The translations under genes were made by a program, and so were the position numbers. From positions 84,807 to 148,806 of the forward strand of contig JAQGDQ010000538.1 in the NCBI GenBank assembly GCA_030141605.1: a DNA stretch of 64,000 nucleotides, given 5' to 3'. Numbering within the stretch: position 1 is the stretch's first letter; each line of letters opens with the position of its first letter. Positions 32,601 to 47,600 of the stretch are shown one piece after another. The stretch is from Tubiluchus corallicola. Its lineage: Eukaryota > Animalia > Priapulida. The notes beneath the pieces were generated by a model. The model had not been told where the DNA came from, did no database searches, and was given only the letters and a program-made list of their open reading frames with translations.

Positions 32601-35600
32601 ATGTATAACGACATACACAACTGCACTGGTACCACTATGTGTTACATCTGCTGTTACAGTACCAATTCGGTATGTAACAAGGCCTGAAACTACAAAGACA
32701 AACAACGAGTTTATAATACTTTTACAACATTGCTAACTCTACTCTTAGTATTGAATTATGACATAATCTAGATTAGTCTATCATGCAAAGTGTAAGTTAA
32801 GGCAGTCATTTTACACAAAGATTTGTACCCGCTAATAAAAAGCATGAACTGAAAACTCTAAAAAATTATTGTACCTTGAGGCATTAAGTGAAATCCATTA
32901 ACAACTTATGTTGAACCAACTTTTTTCACATTTACTGGTGACAGATGGGTATTGCAGCGAAGACCACAAAGTATTGTAACAACAACATAGTAATAATATT
33001 GTAATACATTGGAGTATATACATGAGTAAGCAGTCTAAGCAGCTACAGTTAAACCAGTACCCCATGTGCACGTAATGAGTGATTGTGATACATACTGCAT
33101 ACATGATGCACTTTGCATTCAAGAATGCGGAAATGCTTCCAAAGGTACGTAATGCACAATAATTAATCTGCATCCATTGACCTCGATCTCTATGGTCCAG
33201 ATACAAATAATATGGCAATACACAGAATAGAAGCTGTCGCTGCCTGGATGATAAAGCGCTTTTTAGCCACCTTTGGCCATTGTGACCAATTTTAAAATGC
33301 ATTTCATGCAAATTCACAGCCACCTTTGGAAAGACCGGTTGCCTGGCTAGGTGGGTTTTGGTCACTTCACAAAAACATTTCCTCCCATTAAGTTTTCGAG
33401 AAGTGGATGAAGCGTGTATGTTATTCAGTAATATTCAGAATGTAGCTCAAGTTCCTTTTACCAAGTAGTGATGTAGTTGTTTCTCTGTTACAAAATGTTC
33501 GACCTTTACACACAAAATGAGTGCTTTCTTGTTCATGTAATAGAAAAATAAGCTAATGCTGCTATTACAATTATTCCATGTTGATCAAAGTAATGCTGAA
33601 ATTTTGACAGGAGCAAAATGTTGCTTAAAAATTATTATGAATTACTCACAAACAGTAACCAAAAATCGTGGAAAAAGCACCATTAAATTTGCTAAATTGC
33701 ATAGTGTTCATTAACGAGTGGAAAGAGTCGACACACATCACGGAACAGGGTGCTGATCATTGCGCGGACATGGAATCCTAATTTCATGCAATAAATGATG
33801 AGAATGCAGTAAAAGAATTATAACAAAAAACTATCCTATAGTGCTTATCTTTTACTACCAGATTGCCACATTTGTAGTCACAAAAACCTGCATGCATATG
33901 CATATGCCATCACATTTGCTACAATATACATATGCAATAATGCAATGCATATACATATAAAACGAAAGAGATGCATTACCGTCTACAGATATGGGTTTCA
34001 CATTTGCTTTTCTGGTTTTGGTAAGGGGATGCTCTTCCCACCAAATAGTGTCGCAGAAAGAATCACTTTTAAGAACAAACTTTAAGCATTCATCAGTGAT
34101 GACCGATGTGCATGAATGGTACTCAGACAAACACTGTTCCATGCAATCAGACCTAATAGCAGAGTCGCATGGCAGCTGGTTACACGTGCAACTACTGCGA
34201 CATGCAGAGAGCTTGACGGAGCAGTTATTGACAAACTCGTGAGCACACACCACATACATATATCTGCAGTGCCTTCTATCAGTTTCACGACGCAGGGTTT
34301 CATTACAAGCAGCATCCGTCTTATTAATGCAGTCACTCACTGAGTAACATGGTTCAGCCGTATCATCATCGTCATCATCATCATCGTGCTCATCATAACA
34401 ATCTGCCCTTCTTAAGAAACAGTCTTCCTTACACGTGCTATTTTCACTGCTACAGTTACCAAGGCAACCATAATAGTCTGTCTCACATTCAAAGTTTACT
34501 GGCTTTCGACAACGCCGCTCTTTCATTATGCACTTAAAAGACACATTCATGCAGTGTTCTACCCAGTCACCATAACATGGCTGTTTCTCCATGCATGCAT
34601 CAACACTGCATGCCTCATTTGCAAGTCTAGTGCACATCTGATTATCAACCACTGAAGTATGGTTAGTACCACATGTAATATTGGCTAGACAAGCCTCGGC
34701 TTCACTTTTGCACACCAGCGAAGGTTTAAGACAAGATGGAGTGTAGTAGGAATCAAATAAAAACCCAACAAAGTATTGAGTAGTCAAGTTGTTAACATTA
34801 TGAAATTTGAGGATGTTATCGGGCAGTTCCGAAGCATATGGATCTTCCCGAGGCACAGGTAGGCGCAACACATCAGCGTCATCTTCAAAGTCTGCTAATG
34901 TAGGCCTCTGATGCAATTTGAACACAACCTTAAAATAAAAAAAACTGATGAGTTGGCAAACAATATATAGTATAATGCCTACTCTACACAATCCTTTAAA
35001 AGAATGAAATTCAAAACACCGAACTCTGTCCACACTATAAGTTTTCACTGGCAGTTACTTTGTTGAAGGGGTATTTTCTAACTTTTCTTTATTTCGGAAA
35101 CATTATAGGAAAATAACTTTAGCATGTATTGAAAATGGAAGCGACATCAAAAAAAACTTCGCAAAGAAGTGAAATAAGGAGTTAGTATCAAATATTTCGG
35201 AATTTAAAAACAGAACAGCTAAAGAAATTTTTAAACTGTATTGGATAACATCAGGTACGTATGATGACCGGACTCTCTAAGCGAGTTCTTCCAGCTATTT
35301 CATTATCGCGCAATATTATTGGCCACTCATTCCGAGAATGACAAAAATCAAGAGCATCTTGATAGTGTCAGACACGAATGACATTCACATTTCAATGTCA
35401 TTCTCGACGTCCACACGGTTCCTCAACACTGACTAATTCGAGAATGAAAGTGTTTTGAATAACCTAAAAACTTGCTGAGGTATGGTGAAGGTTTATAAAA
35501 TGGCAAACTGTTAGGTCTAATTTTAAAGAATAAAAAGGCTATTAAAAAGACAGAGCCAAGAATAAGTACATGACAATGAAGCAGGAGTATCGCTTTAAGT

Positions 35601-38600
35601 ATAGCAATGCTTCTCACATTTTTTCTTACTAATTACTTTTTGTACTGTCACTCACTTTTCATAGATATCTGCCACAGTCTAGCTTTTAAAGTTTCAACCA
35701 ACGTATGTGGCGAGTTCTAGTTCTCAAACAGTAAGGGGTGTATGCTTCTGTGTTTTCTACAGGAAAAAGCTAACTACTTCTATAGTAAATCACAATATTG
35801 AAACTTTATGATAAAAGTGATTAATTAACATCCTTAAAGGTTGCATCTCGGCCGAAGGTATTCAGACAACCAGTTACAGGAAACGGAAGCAAACATATTC
35901 AGCTTAATAATTAAATATAGCAATATATTCATCTTAATAAAGTATTAATCAAGTATGTAATTTCGCTTTATCAAGTAACAATATAAATTCAAGCAAATAC
36001 TATAGCTGGAATTTCATGATTTACATTAATTTTCTGAAATGTTGAGAAAGTGGATATACAAAATGAAATATTTAAAAAAAATATATTTAATAGCAAGATC
36101 AGTATATAAAAAGTTATATATATATACAAAGTTATATTATATTATATATATATATATTATCAGGAAATTAAATGAGTTACACTGAGGAAAAAAATGAGGT
36201 AAATGTCAATCAGCAAACTTAAAATATTCATCAATAACACACTCGATCTTACATTAAGAACAGAGAAAAGACTGCAGTGAAAAATGAGCAAATTAAATAC
36301 TCACATTTGAAAACAAGAAACTCAGTCTAATGATGACCGTTTTACAATTTTATCTACATGCTGCTTCAAGTTTCCCAGTGCACTTACCTTCAATGCCACA
36401 TTATCTGGCAACTCACGAGCAGCCAGCATGACATAGTTACGTGGCGTGGCAAGAATACTATGTACAGTTATATCTTTATCAGTCAGTGTGCCAGTGTTAT
36501 TAGTAAAAAATGAAGCCACCCCTCTAGTATCTGCAAAAACAGAAATAATTTTATAACTTACATACAACTAAGTATATCTACACAATTCCAAGCTACACAA
36601 ATGTTATCTTACCTGGCAAATTCATAAAAAATTGTATGGGTGCACTAAAGGCTAGGGATGAGCCATTCACTCCAGTAATTTCAAGGTTCGCCACTGCAGT
36701 GTTAATACCTTCAGATGACTTGTGCCAAAAGTATGGATTTACTTTCGAAGTAGCCAACTGGAAATATTGATAATTTACTCATGCTATAAAATTATACAAT
36801 TTACTAAAATTCAAGATGTTTTTAATTGTGAACTTTTTTTCACGAAAAAAGTAAACAGGTTAAAAACAAATAGAGTAAACAAAGCATAAGTGATTGGACT
36901 GATATAAAATCAGCTAAAGTGCAGAATTAACATCAGCAGAAGGTATTTCACTAATTTTATTATGAGCAATAATAAATTTGCTAATAAGAAAATAAATCAG
37001 ATTTCTAAAAGCACTCTCTATAAAATAAATTACAACAAACATTTTGGTCAGTGATTACCTTGCAGGCTCAATGTACAACCTAATGCTACTATTGTTGCAG
37101 CCCAAACAGCAGTAAAAAAATGTTTCAAGAGCGTGATAAAAGTTAAATACACAACCGTAATTTCGACCGTCTCATCCTTGTTTGATAGATTTAGGAATAA
37201 ATCAGCTGGAGGTATTTTGAAGTGCCCGGCATTACCTCCCATATCAATTTCAGAATCTGAAGAAACAAAAAGCAAATAAAAAATGTCACAACGAGAAGCA
37301 CAAACTGTCAACCAGTCACTAACTGGTTTCTTTATTCCTTATCAGAATCTCGAATGTCCCGACCTGGCTGTAAACTTCAATAATTATTGTGGACAGACTA
37401 TAATGTGTACCAGGTGCTTGTAACCTCTAAGAGCACAGGGTCAAGTAACCAAAAAGCTCAGAAAGGCTTGCACCTGGCAGTTCCTGATCCTTCTATTAAG
37501 TGGGACTAAGTACTGTAATTTGGAATTATTAAAGATTAAAATGCTGCTAAAGTCTGCTGACCTTGATCCTATGGTCGAAGGTCCTAGGACCTGTAAGCCA
37601 AGTTTGCAGACTGTACTTTTTCGGTTACTTTCACAATTACATCTTACAAGTTACATCTACCCCATCCAGCCACCATATTTGTGAAAAATTTTTTGAATCT
37701 AGCTCAAAGCCCTAAGAGGAGTTGTATGACAATCGCAAAATTGAATATACACCGCACCATTATCTAAGGCAGGGGTGTGCAAATTGCGGCCCGCGGGCCA
37801 CTTGCGGCCCGCCGAAAGAATTTGTGCGGCCCGCAAAGAAATTTGTCGACCTAATGAAAGTGCGGCCCGGGCGATTAATTGAGTGTATCCAGCTGAAGTC
37901 CGTGCCACAATCCCCCAAGATAGTGCGGGTAGTTTTTTCTACTAGATCGGATGCCATTAACCCTTACAAGACGGTTGTAGCTTAATGTCACTGTACTACA
38001 CAGACTGTGTGATACAAATTACTAATATGCATTGTAATGAAATTACCACTATCTGTCCTGAAAATAGAAATATGTGGTTTGTAATATAAATTTTAATAAC
38101 TTCTAAAATAGTTTCTTGAGTGTAGTAGTAATGATGTACGCAGGTCGGATGTGAAAAAATCGTTATTAGGCCTTTCTGTACTTGGCTCATTGATCAAACT
38201 GCCTGTGGCCCGCAGGAATTGCGAGAAAGTTTAATGTGGCCCGGCTAGTCAGATAATTTGCACACCCCTGATCTAAGGCCTCTTATCTACCTCACAAGCC
38301 TGTAAATTTCATGACTCTAAGTAATATGCTTTTTGAGTTATTAAATATTATAATGGAGAAATAGAGGCCAGACTTATTGGCTGTTAATGACTGGTAAGAT
38401 TCGAACCAACATGGTTAAAGTCTATTGTTTATAGTCTAAAAAGGTCATTATAAATAAACTTGGAAAAAATAGCAACAAATGAAGAACTACTCAATCAACC
38501 AAACAAAGTTCTTTCAAAGGCACATTCAAAATAGAACGAGAATAAGCTCAAATAAAAATGTTTTCCCATTTATAATTATTTTTAGATAATATGCTGTTGT

Positions 38601-41600
38601 GGCTTGAACACAATGTATGGAAAAAATTGCAAAATCTGTATCTGATTACTTTCTCCAAAAAATTCTGCTAATTAATTAAAAGCAAACTACAAACCTTGAA
38701 AGATGACTCTTTCTAAACCTAGCGCAGTTTCACTACAAACTACATTAAATCTTGTGAAGCTGTAACACCTTCCCTCTTTACTGTAGTAGGAATGCATTGT
38801 CTAATTACATTAGTGTAATTACACATTATTGTTAGAGCATTGTGATTGGCTTTCTTTCACTGTTAACTTGTTGAATTGTTTTTAATGTGTTACACTAATT
38901 TAGCAATTGGTTGACCAAAATGCTGTTCAACTTTTCAACCATTTCGTTTAACTATGTGTTGAGTCAGAACACTTGTTTAACTTTATTTTTTTGTTCTCTG
39001 TCTTAATTTCGTAATAGTAATCCTGATTTCTGGTTTACTGGTTTTTATACTTTTTAGTATAATAATTTTGTCACAATAATTTTCTTGATCTGGGTGTAGT
39101 TAACCCATTTAAGCTGGATGCTAAGTATAATGATTGCATTTTCACTAATTATTCATCTTAATTTCTATGTATAGTATTTGTGATGTTTGATGTACTTTGT
39201 CAATAGATACGCCATTAGACTTATTTTTTTTCTTTTTGCACGGCTTAAATTAACATATACTAAGAGCAACAAACAAGTTCAAAGGTTTTTCGTTCGAACC
39301 ACAGTTTATTATTGGCCTACATCAGGCATCATGGTCAACATTCAGTTGTCAGAATGAGAGTACAGTTACATTCAGAATATGAATTCTCATACAAATTCTC
39401 AGAGCACTAGAGTGTGAGATGATTCATCCCCACTGCTTACTATTTAAGCTCTAAATTAAAAACACTTGCATGAATTTCTATACACAAATTAAATAATTCT
39501 TAATATTGGTTATGAAATTCAAAAAAAGTAATAGATACCTCCTATTTCATCAACTTCTTTTTTGTCCACAGTCACTGTGATTGTATCTGTTTCAATTATA
39601 GTTGCATTGTCACCTTTTCTTTTCTTATCCTTGATCACACTTGATATGGTGTCTATGATACTAACACTTTTATCTGAAAAGTCTTTTCCCTGTTAAAAAA
39701 GCATACTCGGTGTTTAAGACAAGGCTGAAATATGATCATCCCATTACACATTAGCAGAGTAATCTTGCCCCACACAAAAAATTAGTTAGTGAAGCCTATT
39801 TGTTTTAAAGCTTGGAATTAGGGTAAGAGTTTGTGTAAATATTGGGGCTGGGGTTAGGGATGGGGTATTTAAATTGCGTGGGTACCTGTATTAGTTAGTG
39901 AAGCCTATTTGTTTTAAAGCTTGGAATTAGGGTAAGAGTTTGTGTAAATATTGGGGCTGGGGTATTTAAATTGCGTGGGTACCTGTGATTGCATTCCAAA
40001 GCGAGAATCAACTCTATCAAGTTAGTTACAACAGAGATGATTTTGTCCCGAGGGGTCTAGAAACACTGCCAGGATATGGTTAGTCATCACTAGCAAAACC
40101 CAAAGAAGAGTTTCACATGTCATAGTCGTAATACGTGATTACATAATTTTATGCAATCTGCTTATGAAGCTGCGATTAAAAAATGAGCCAACAATTGCTC
40201 CATGCATAGTGCACCCGTATGTACACACAATGCATGGTGAGATCAAGAGTAATTACGCAATTGCATTTGTGCAATTTGACGTTGCAGATTAAGACAATGA
40301 AAGCACAGTAAAATGACACAGATGCAAAACTCTGCCAATCTTCAAAAGTAAAGTAAAGTTTACAGAATTGCAGTAACTAGTATTAAAAATGTCCCAAGTT
40401 CGATTGGCTTGGATATTAATGTAAAACATTAAGTGGATGCATGAATCAAGACACAAGCACATATCACCACCGACTTGTTTATCGAGATGTTGTCATACTG
40501 GTTACACAAAGCCAACAAAATCTCTGAAAATTAAAGCTCACAGATAATTATTCATTCGGGCTAGGCGGCCAAAAAAAGCAATGTACTGTGCTGCCTTCAA
40601 TGGTGTACATGGTTCCTGATGCACGATCAACAAAAAAAAATAAAAAACACACCAACCATTTACAGCTAACACTTACACATTGAAATAAAATGCAAGTGCA
40701 AGCCAGACTGACGCAATTAAAGCATAGCTCGCTTTACCAAAACTGACTTAAAAACCTAATGACACAAATAAAGAAAAATAAAGGGAAATTTGAAGCTGAT
40801 AATGGTCAAGAACGCAGTTCTGGTTGCATGCTTGAAAGTACGGCTTAGAAATTCTACACTCCGTAGATCACGTTTGATACTGCCTTCCCATGAAGCCTCT
40901 GATTTAAATTTGCATTCCAACACGGTTTAACTCCAACTCGCCACAGCATAAAAACACTTTCACAAATCATTACCTTTTCAGAATCTGTTTTGGAAACATT
41001 TTCCAAGGCACCAAATATTTTAGAAATACCAGCGAGTATAGTTCTGAAAAAGAAAAAGTACGGACATTGTCTCAAACATATTTCTTACTACTTTAAGCAA
41101 TTACTTAAAACTTAAAAATTATTATTAAAGCACCAATTGAATACAAATACAACAAACTAAGCAAGAAAAGTACAGTTCTGGCAGCTTTTGTGCCACCGAT
41201 GGGAATATGCACATTAGCACAAACAAACATACCGTTCGAGATACATAGTTCGAATCCTAAAAACCTCATAAACGAAATCACAATATTACAGTAATCAATA
41301 ATAATTTTATTTATAAACAATCACCTAAAATATAAAAATATCAATGATGCTGTACTATGCAAGAGATTTCAAAATGTTATAAGTTACAGTTCAAAAATAG
41401 AGAAAAATGTGGAAAATGATAAAAACACAAAATAAATAAATTAATTAAAACAAGAATTCTAAATTGTATTTGATAGATAGTGTAAAAGAAATAATGCTGA
41501 AGTAATATGGATGGTCATACTTAGGCAGATCCAAAACAACCCTAGTAGCCATGTTATATACTTTCTGCATGCAAACAGTCAAAATAAAATAGCGTTATAA

Positions 41601-44600
41601 AAATCTAGCTGAGAGATCACCAGAGAGTCAATCGCAGTTTTCAGATGATATATAATCAAATGCTTAAGAGTTTTCTTAATGTCATACAATTTGCATGATT
41701 TAATTTGACATCTTTCACAAATGTTTTACTACTATTATATGAAAATAACACCATCCCTTTTTTCTGATCACTTTTCTCAATCTTTGTTCTTGCTCTTCAT
41801 CTTAATGCAAAATTAATGAATAAAATATCATCGTTGCAATTTGTGCACACATAACCACACTTTAATATATTAACCCACTTAAGACTGCAACACATTGTTT
41901 TCACTCACGTCATCATTTGGCACAATAATAGGAAATATTCACATCTTACTGGATCAACCAAAGTGGGGTCACAGGTCACAAAATTGCAGACTGTCAACTA
42001 ACAGTGAAGTGTCAGCAGTAAACAATTACTTTATCAGCATCAATAAAAATTTAGGAAGTACACAATACGTGCTACAAAACAAGGCTACTGCTAAGAATTT
42101 GAGGATTTTATCTTGCAGCACTTGCTAAGGTCTTACCGAGTAGCACAACTGTAGTTTTGGGGCTTCTGCAAGATAATATGACGAGCCCATATCATTCGAT
42201 CAATGGAAACATTTTTGTGAGTACACTATGTTTTTTTAAATCAGTTATAAAACTGTCACAAATTTAAACTGTCTTTAATTTTTTCTGTGCATTTGCATAT
42301 TTTTTAAAAACGTATACCAAGATTGGCTAAAAACCTCTTCTGAGACATTAAAATGTTCAGGACTATATGTGCCACACTCACTTTACAGCACTTGTGTCAT
42401 TAAAGTGTAATGGCATACAAGGTAGTAACCCATCCGACTTAGTCATATACTGATGCAACTCCAAGCTGAAACTGAAAGCTACTACAGCAGGCGCCGCTTA
42501 ATAGACTCACTTTGTGACCGACGTGTTTTGACCCAATTAACCGACTGAACCTGTTAACCGATAGGTGTAGTATTACAGGTAGAGAAGTATGAGTCATCTG
42601 CCTACATGCACTGCAAAGGTTTTTAATGAATTTTAGAAACGAAGTAATGCCTAATTCCTTTGTGCAGTTGAAAATTAGAAAAAAATTGTTTAAAATGTTA
42701 ACTTATATAAGTGAATTAGTAATAAATTAAAAAGGAATACCAGCTCAACTCATCTTTGACTGTTAACTGATTAAGCATAAAAGCGTGATTTGAAACGACA
42801 GCATCAAGAGAAAACTGCTAGGCAAATGGTAACAGATTCAAAGCAAAACCACTACGCTAGCGTATTAGCGCATGATAAACTTACCTGCTTACAAACAAAA
42901 CGGCACTTAACATGATTGTTTCTATATACATACTGCACAAAGGGGAAGTAAAGATGGCATAAAAGTAAGAAAGGTTTCCTTGGGCACATACAAGTATCTT
43001 ATTTTAAGTAGGTGAAGGAAAAATATTGAGTCAATTATGCGGAGTAATTTGAGTCAATTACCAATAGTTTTATGTATATTTGAATAAGAGTGAGTTTATT
43101 AAGCGGCAACTACTTTACAAGTTACTACAACTCTGTTTTACAATATTCACATAGCAAAGAAACATGTATACATACTGTCCAGACTCTTCAGCTTCATCAA
43201 TATTCATATCATCTTTCCCCTCTTTTAGAAAATTTCCAATTATTTCTAAATTATCTATAACTTGTTTCTGAAAAAAGTGAATGTTATAGGATCAATTTGC
43301 TTTAGAAGTAGGCCAATATTGCGAAATTTATTTCTCTTAAGTTAGGTTAGGTAAAGACCGACAGCGGATGCCAAAAACTAGAAAAAAAATTACAGCAAAT
43401 ATTTAGAAAAAAAACTTACTTGACTAGTAAAGCCTAGATATATTAAAAATAAGTTTCATTATCAACAATTTTAAGTCGCTTCCACAACTGATATTGTACT
43501 ATAATATTATAATTTAGCTGGTGATTATAGTTCTAGGGATAATTTGTGATAGTTCTGAAATCAAACCCTTCTAAGAGTTTCAAAAGCACTCCTCCGAGCT
43601 CGTGCCAGTGCTAAAATGTGAGCAGCCTTTAAAAAATAAAAGATTTAGCAAATATTTAAATTGTAGTATTAAAAATCAGTGCATCACATTCAAATACCTA
43701 CCGTAAATTTCTTCCTATTCACAACAAAACAAAATACGATAAGGAAACATTATTGTTGGACAAATCAATAGAAACCACTCCTGTTTTTAGTTTATTATAT
43801 AGCTGTAGGCAAATAAGTTGCATTTAAACATGTTTACTTACATTTGCTTCACTAAGGCCATCTTCTCCCACATTGTCTGTCCACATTCCTGCCCGCTGTC
43901 TCCAAGCTTGAATAGACGATGCTGGAAGCTGAGATAAAACGTCTAACAGGGAATTTCTGATCTGAATACAAATAACAATAATAATTGATTAAAAAAAATC
44001 AAATTTTTGCAAACAAGTTTTTTATAGTAACTCAATCATTAAAAATTTGCTTTTTAAGAATACCTTTGGTATGTCGTCAAACACATACCAACACAGGCAA
44101 CACAAGAAAACTTGGTATTTTCATCAAAAATACACATGTCAAAACAACACTTTATGTAACAGTCAATTAAACAGAAGCTAGCATGATTAAATTGCATTAC
44201 AGAGACCATTAAAAAGATAAACAATGAAATTTAATCACAAATTGCTTATATGAACTTACTTCTATTTTCAATTGGTTTATCTCTGTTGTCTCATTACCCA
44301 AAGGTTTCAAATCATTAAGCAAAAATGTTGCAAGGTGTATCAGATGAGAAACACCTAAAGTAAGTCACAAAAAACAAAAACACTAAATTACACTGTCAAT
44401 ATACTAATGTTCTACACTACTAAATTTGTATCAGCTGCATCATTTGTAGAATTGTAATAAGATTTGCTTTGAATGAATGTAACTTACCCATGATGTCACC
44501 AGAGTCAAGAAGAGTCTTCATTTTTCTGACAAGGTTCTGTACCAGCTGCAAAACATCCTTTATGCGATCTAGGGCAGTATCCCAAGTTTTGCCATACTCG

Positions 44601-47600
44601 TATGGATACACCTACACAGCGAAAAACAAATGGTTCAACATGCATGATCAAAAATAAACACACAATCTCATGTTTTAAAAATTCAGATTAATAAAAAATG
44701 GTTACCACCCAAAGGCAATTGTTTTAAATATACAAATGACAATGCAGGATTAGTGTAAACGAACACATAAAAGCAGGTGTACCGTGATTTCGAATTCCAT
44801 GGATACAGCTAATTTCAATGAGTCAGCCACCTTCAGAGTCACTACTGTTTTGTAGTTTCTTTCTGGTATTCCAGGTGCCAAAAGGGTTAAAGGTAAAATT
44901 GGTTGTGCTCCATAATGCAAAAAGATTCCTGCAAGCACAATGAAAAAGGAATGTTCAGGATAACTTCAGGTAGACTGGTTGTAATACCTCTACTGGTCTC
45001 AAATGGTTTATGAATCTCTACTTAGTTTAACCAAAAAAACTTTATTTTCTCTTTAGTACATCAGCAATTTTTGCATTTTTATTAATGCATTTAATTGAAA
45101 AAATGAACAAATAATAGTAATTTTCAGAGATCGAACTATCTAAACTGTTTGATAGGCATTTATTTAAACAAATCCACATAAATGAAGACCAACGCAAAGC
45201 AGGCATTATTATGATATAAAAACATTAACTTACCTTTTGAATTTTTTTCCTCGGCCATATCCTCAGCTCCAGTTTTGTAATAAAATTCATAAGACAGCGG
45301 AGTATCCGGATCAGTATAGCGGTCACAGTGCACAGAGAATTCGTGCACCGCAGCTGTTCCTAAACACGATAACAAATTGAAATAAAGAAAGAAAATGAGT
45401 AATAATATCAGTTATGATGGACTCTCAGTATTCGAACCAGTTTCTGAGCTTATGCCTACAATATTGCAAGGGCGAATGCAAGGTGAATAAAAGGTGAATG
45501 CTTGCTACATTCGATGGAAGCTTGCCTCAGCTACTGTTTGGAGTGAACAGAAAATCTCATCAGTTAATTGCAAGTTATTTGAAAAAATCTATACGATATT
45601 CCCAGTGCCTTTACATAAATGTCGATTTGGCATGTAATTATCTTAAAAACGTAATTCAATATGACCTGCGTAATCCGTGCAATTATTCAAATATTCACAA
45701 TCTTGGCATAAAAATTTTGAGGCTATGTATTAGTCAGTTTGGCTACATGCAGTTTTTTCTTTTGTATTACAGTCAATGCTGATTAGCAACCATTTTTACC
45801 ACCACTTCATTTTTTGAATTTTCAGTTATTAGCTTGTTGTGCACCTATACCGACATATAGCTAGTGTACACTCAATATTATGTCACTGTGTATAGTGTTC
45901 AATATAATAATATAATAAATAGATGAAATTTATGCTACAAAAATTCGTCAAATTTCGATGAAACTTTAGACAATTACAAAAAGTTTGTGAATGTGTAAAT
46001 TGTATAAAAATAAACTGAAAATAGAACAGAAAAATAAACCTTTTCTCACAACGTATTTTTCTAGCAGTACAATGCAACTAATTAAGGTAAAAATTAATTC
46101 ATCCGTGATACTAAGATTGAAGCAACAAGTTCATTTTTAGTTAAAAAATTTATTTTCCTTGGTTTAATTTCCTCTAGCTTTTTTGTGACTGTGAGCGAAT
46201 TTCTGCTGAAATTACAAAAAAAGGAATTGCAGTAGCAATCCACAGGTTTGATACTGAAGGATGTGTGACAATGTATCTGATTTAGTCAGCATTATTAGTC
46301 TATTATTACAAAAGGAGTTAGCTTCGCAGTTTAACAGGAATCATAAATCAAGTTCCGAATCTGTGTAATTTTGAAATCTCATATCTGAAATGTTAAAATG
46401 AAAGTTTGAGTTGCAAGTTTGTGTTTTTATCCTGGAATCCGAGTTTAGAATGAGTCAGCAAAAATGCTCAAGCTCTAGTTCTAGTTACAAAGAAAAACAG
46501 TTAAAGAACCTTCGATCGGTGAGACAGAGCATCTGCCTTGCTGAGGTCGTTCATTCAGTACGAATTCATAAGCCGCAATGCCCGAATACGGCGAATCAGG
46601 ATCAGCTCCTTAAAATAAATTATCAGAAACATATGATTAAACACATGCATCAAGCAAGCCTTTAAAAGCTTGTGAGCAGCAGATACGAATAACTACTAAT
46701 GAGGCAATAATAAATTAATTTCCGACTTAGATGCCAAATTACAATGCTGGACCAAATCACAATTCATTTTAAATGCAATGTTTATGCAGTAATTTCTTGT
46801 GACATCTCCAGTCTAGTCTGCAAACTTTGTAGTAAGACAGAAGCTTTTCTTCATATATTTTAGAAGTAACAAAATAATTAGCACATAATTAACATACCTG
46901 TAATTTCAAACATGCAAGTATCGCCTTCTCTGAATACTTTCCTTTTCACAACCAACCGGTCATTTTTCTTTAAATTTTCAAACAAAAACGCATCACGGTC
47001 AAAATCAATTGTTTTGCCAGAGCTGCAGAACTTCAGTGACCAGTGGAACACAAAATGGTTGGTACATTTTGTGCATTCGGCTTTTAGCTCCAGCTGGTCC
47101 AACGGGTCAACTTTTGCTCCGCAGTTTAGCACACAACTAAAATTACCCAAAAAGCTCATTTCATTTCAATGCTGAATTTTCACATGTGTAATTTCCCACA
47201 TGCAAATGCCACTAACACTAAGAAAAAGAATATTTTAAGAACATTTTAGAAGCAATAAAAAGGCAAGACAATAAATCTAAAACAAAACAAAGAGTCTCTT
47301 GAGTGCTTCAGATATAATTTTAGCACAGATGATTTATCCCTGGATTTTTTAGCAATCCTGAAAGCAAAATCTCAAAGAAACTTTACTTCTGAATGTACAT
47401 GTATATACCTTATCACAATAGTGGGCCGTGGACCCTCATAAGCCACAATTACTTGTTTTGCAAATTCTATTCTTTTATCTTCCTTTGAAAATCCCAAATA
47501 CACTGTATGTGGTTGTTCCTTAGCCAAACTTTTCGACTCAATAAGAATAGATGAGTCTGTTAAACAAACACATAAAAATGTGAAAGAATGAACCAAAGTT

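Noticed and set aside
32898-33365. 155-aa Cys/Tyr-rich minus-strand ORF
   Set aside because: Intronic, no recognisable domain, and the flanking exons 33980 and 32683 already join in phase
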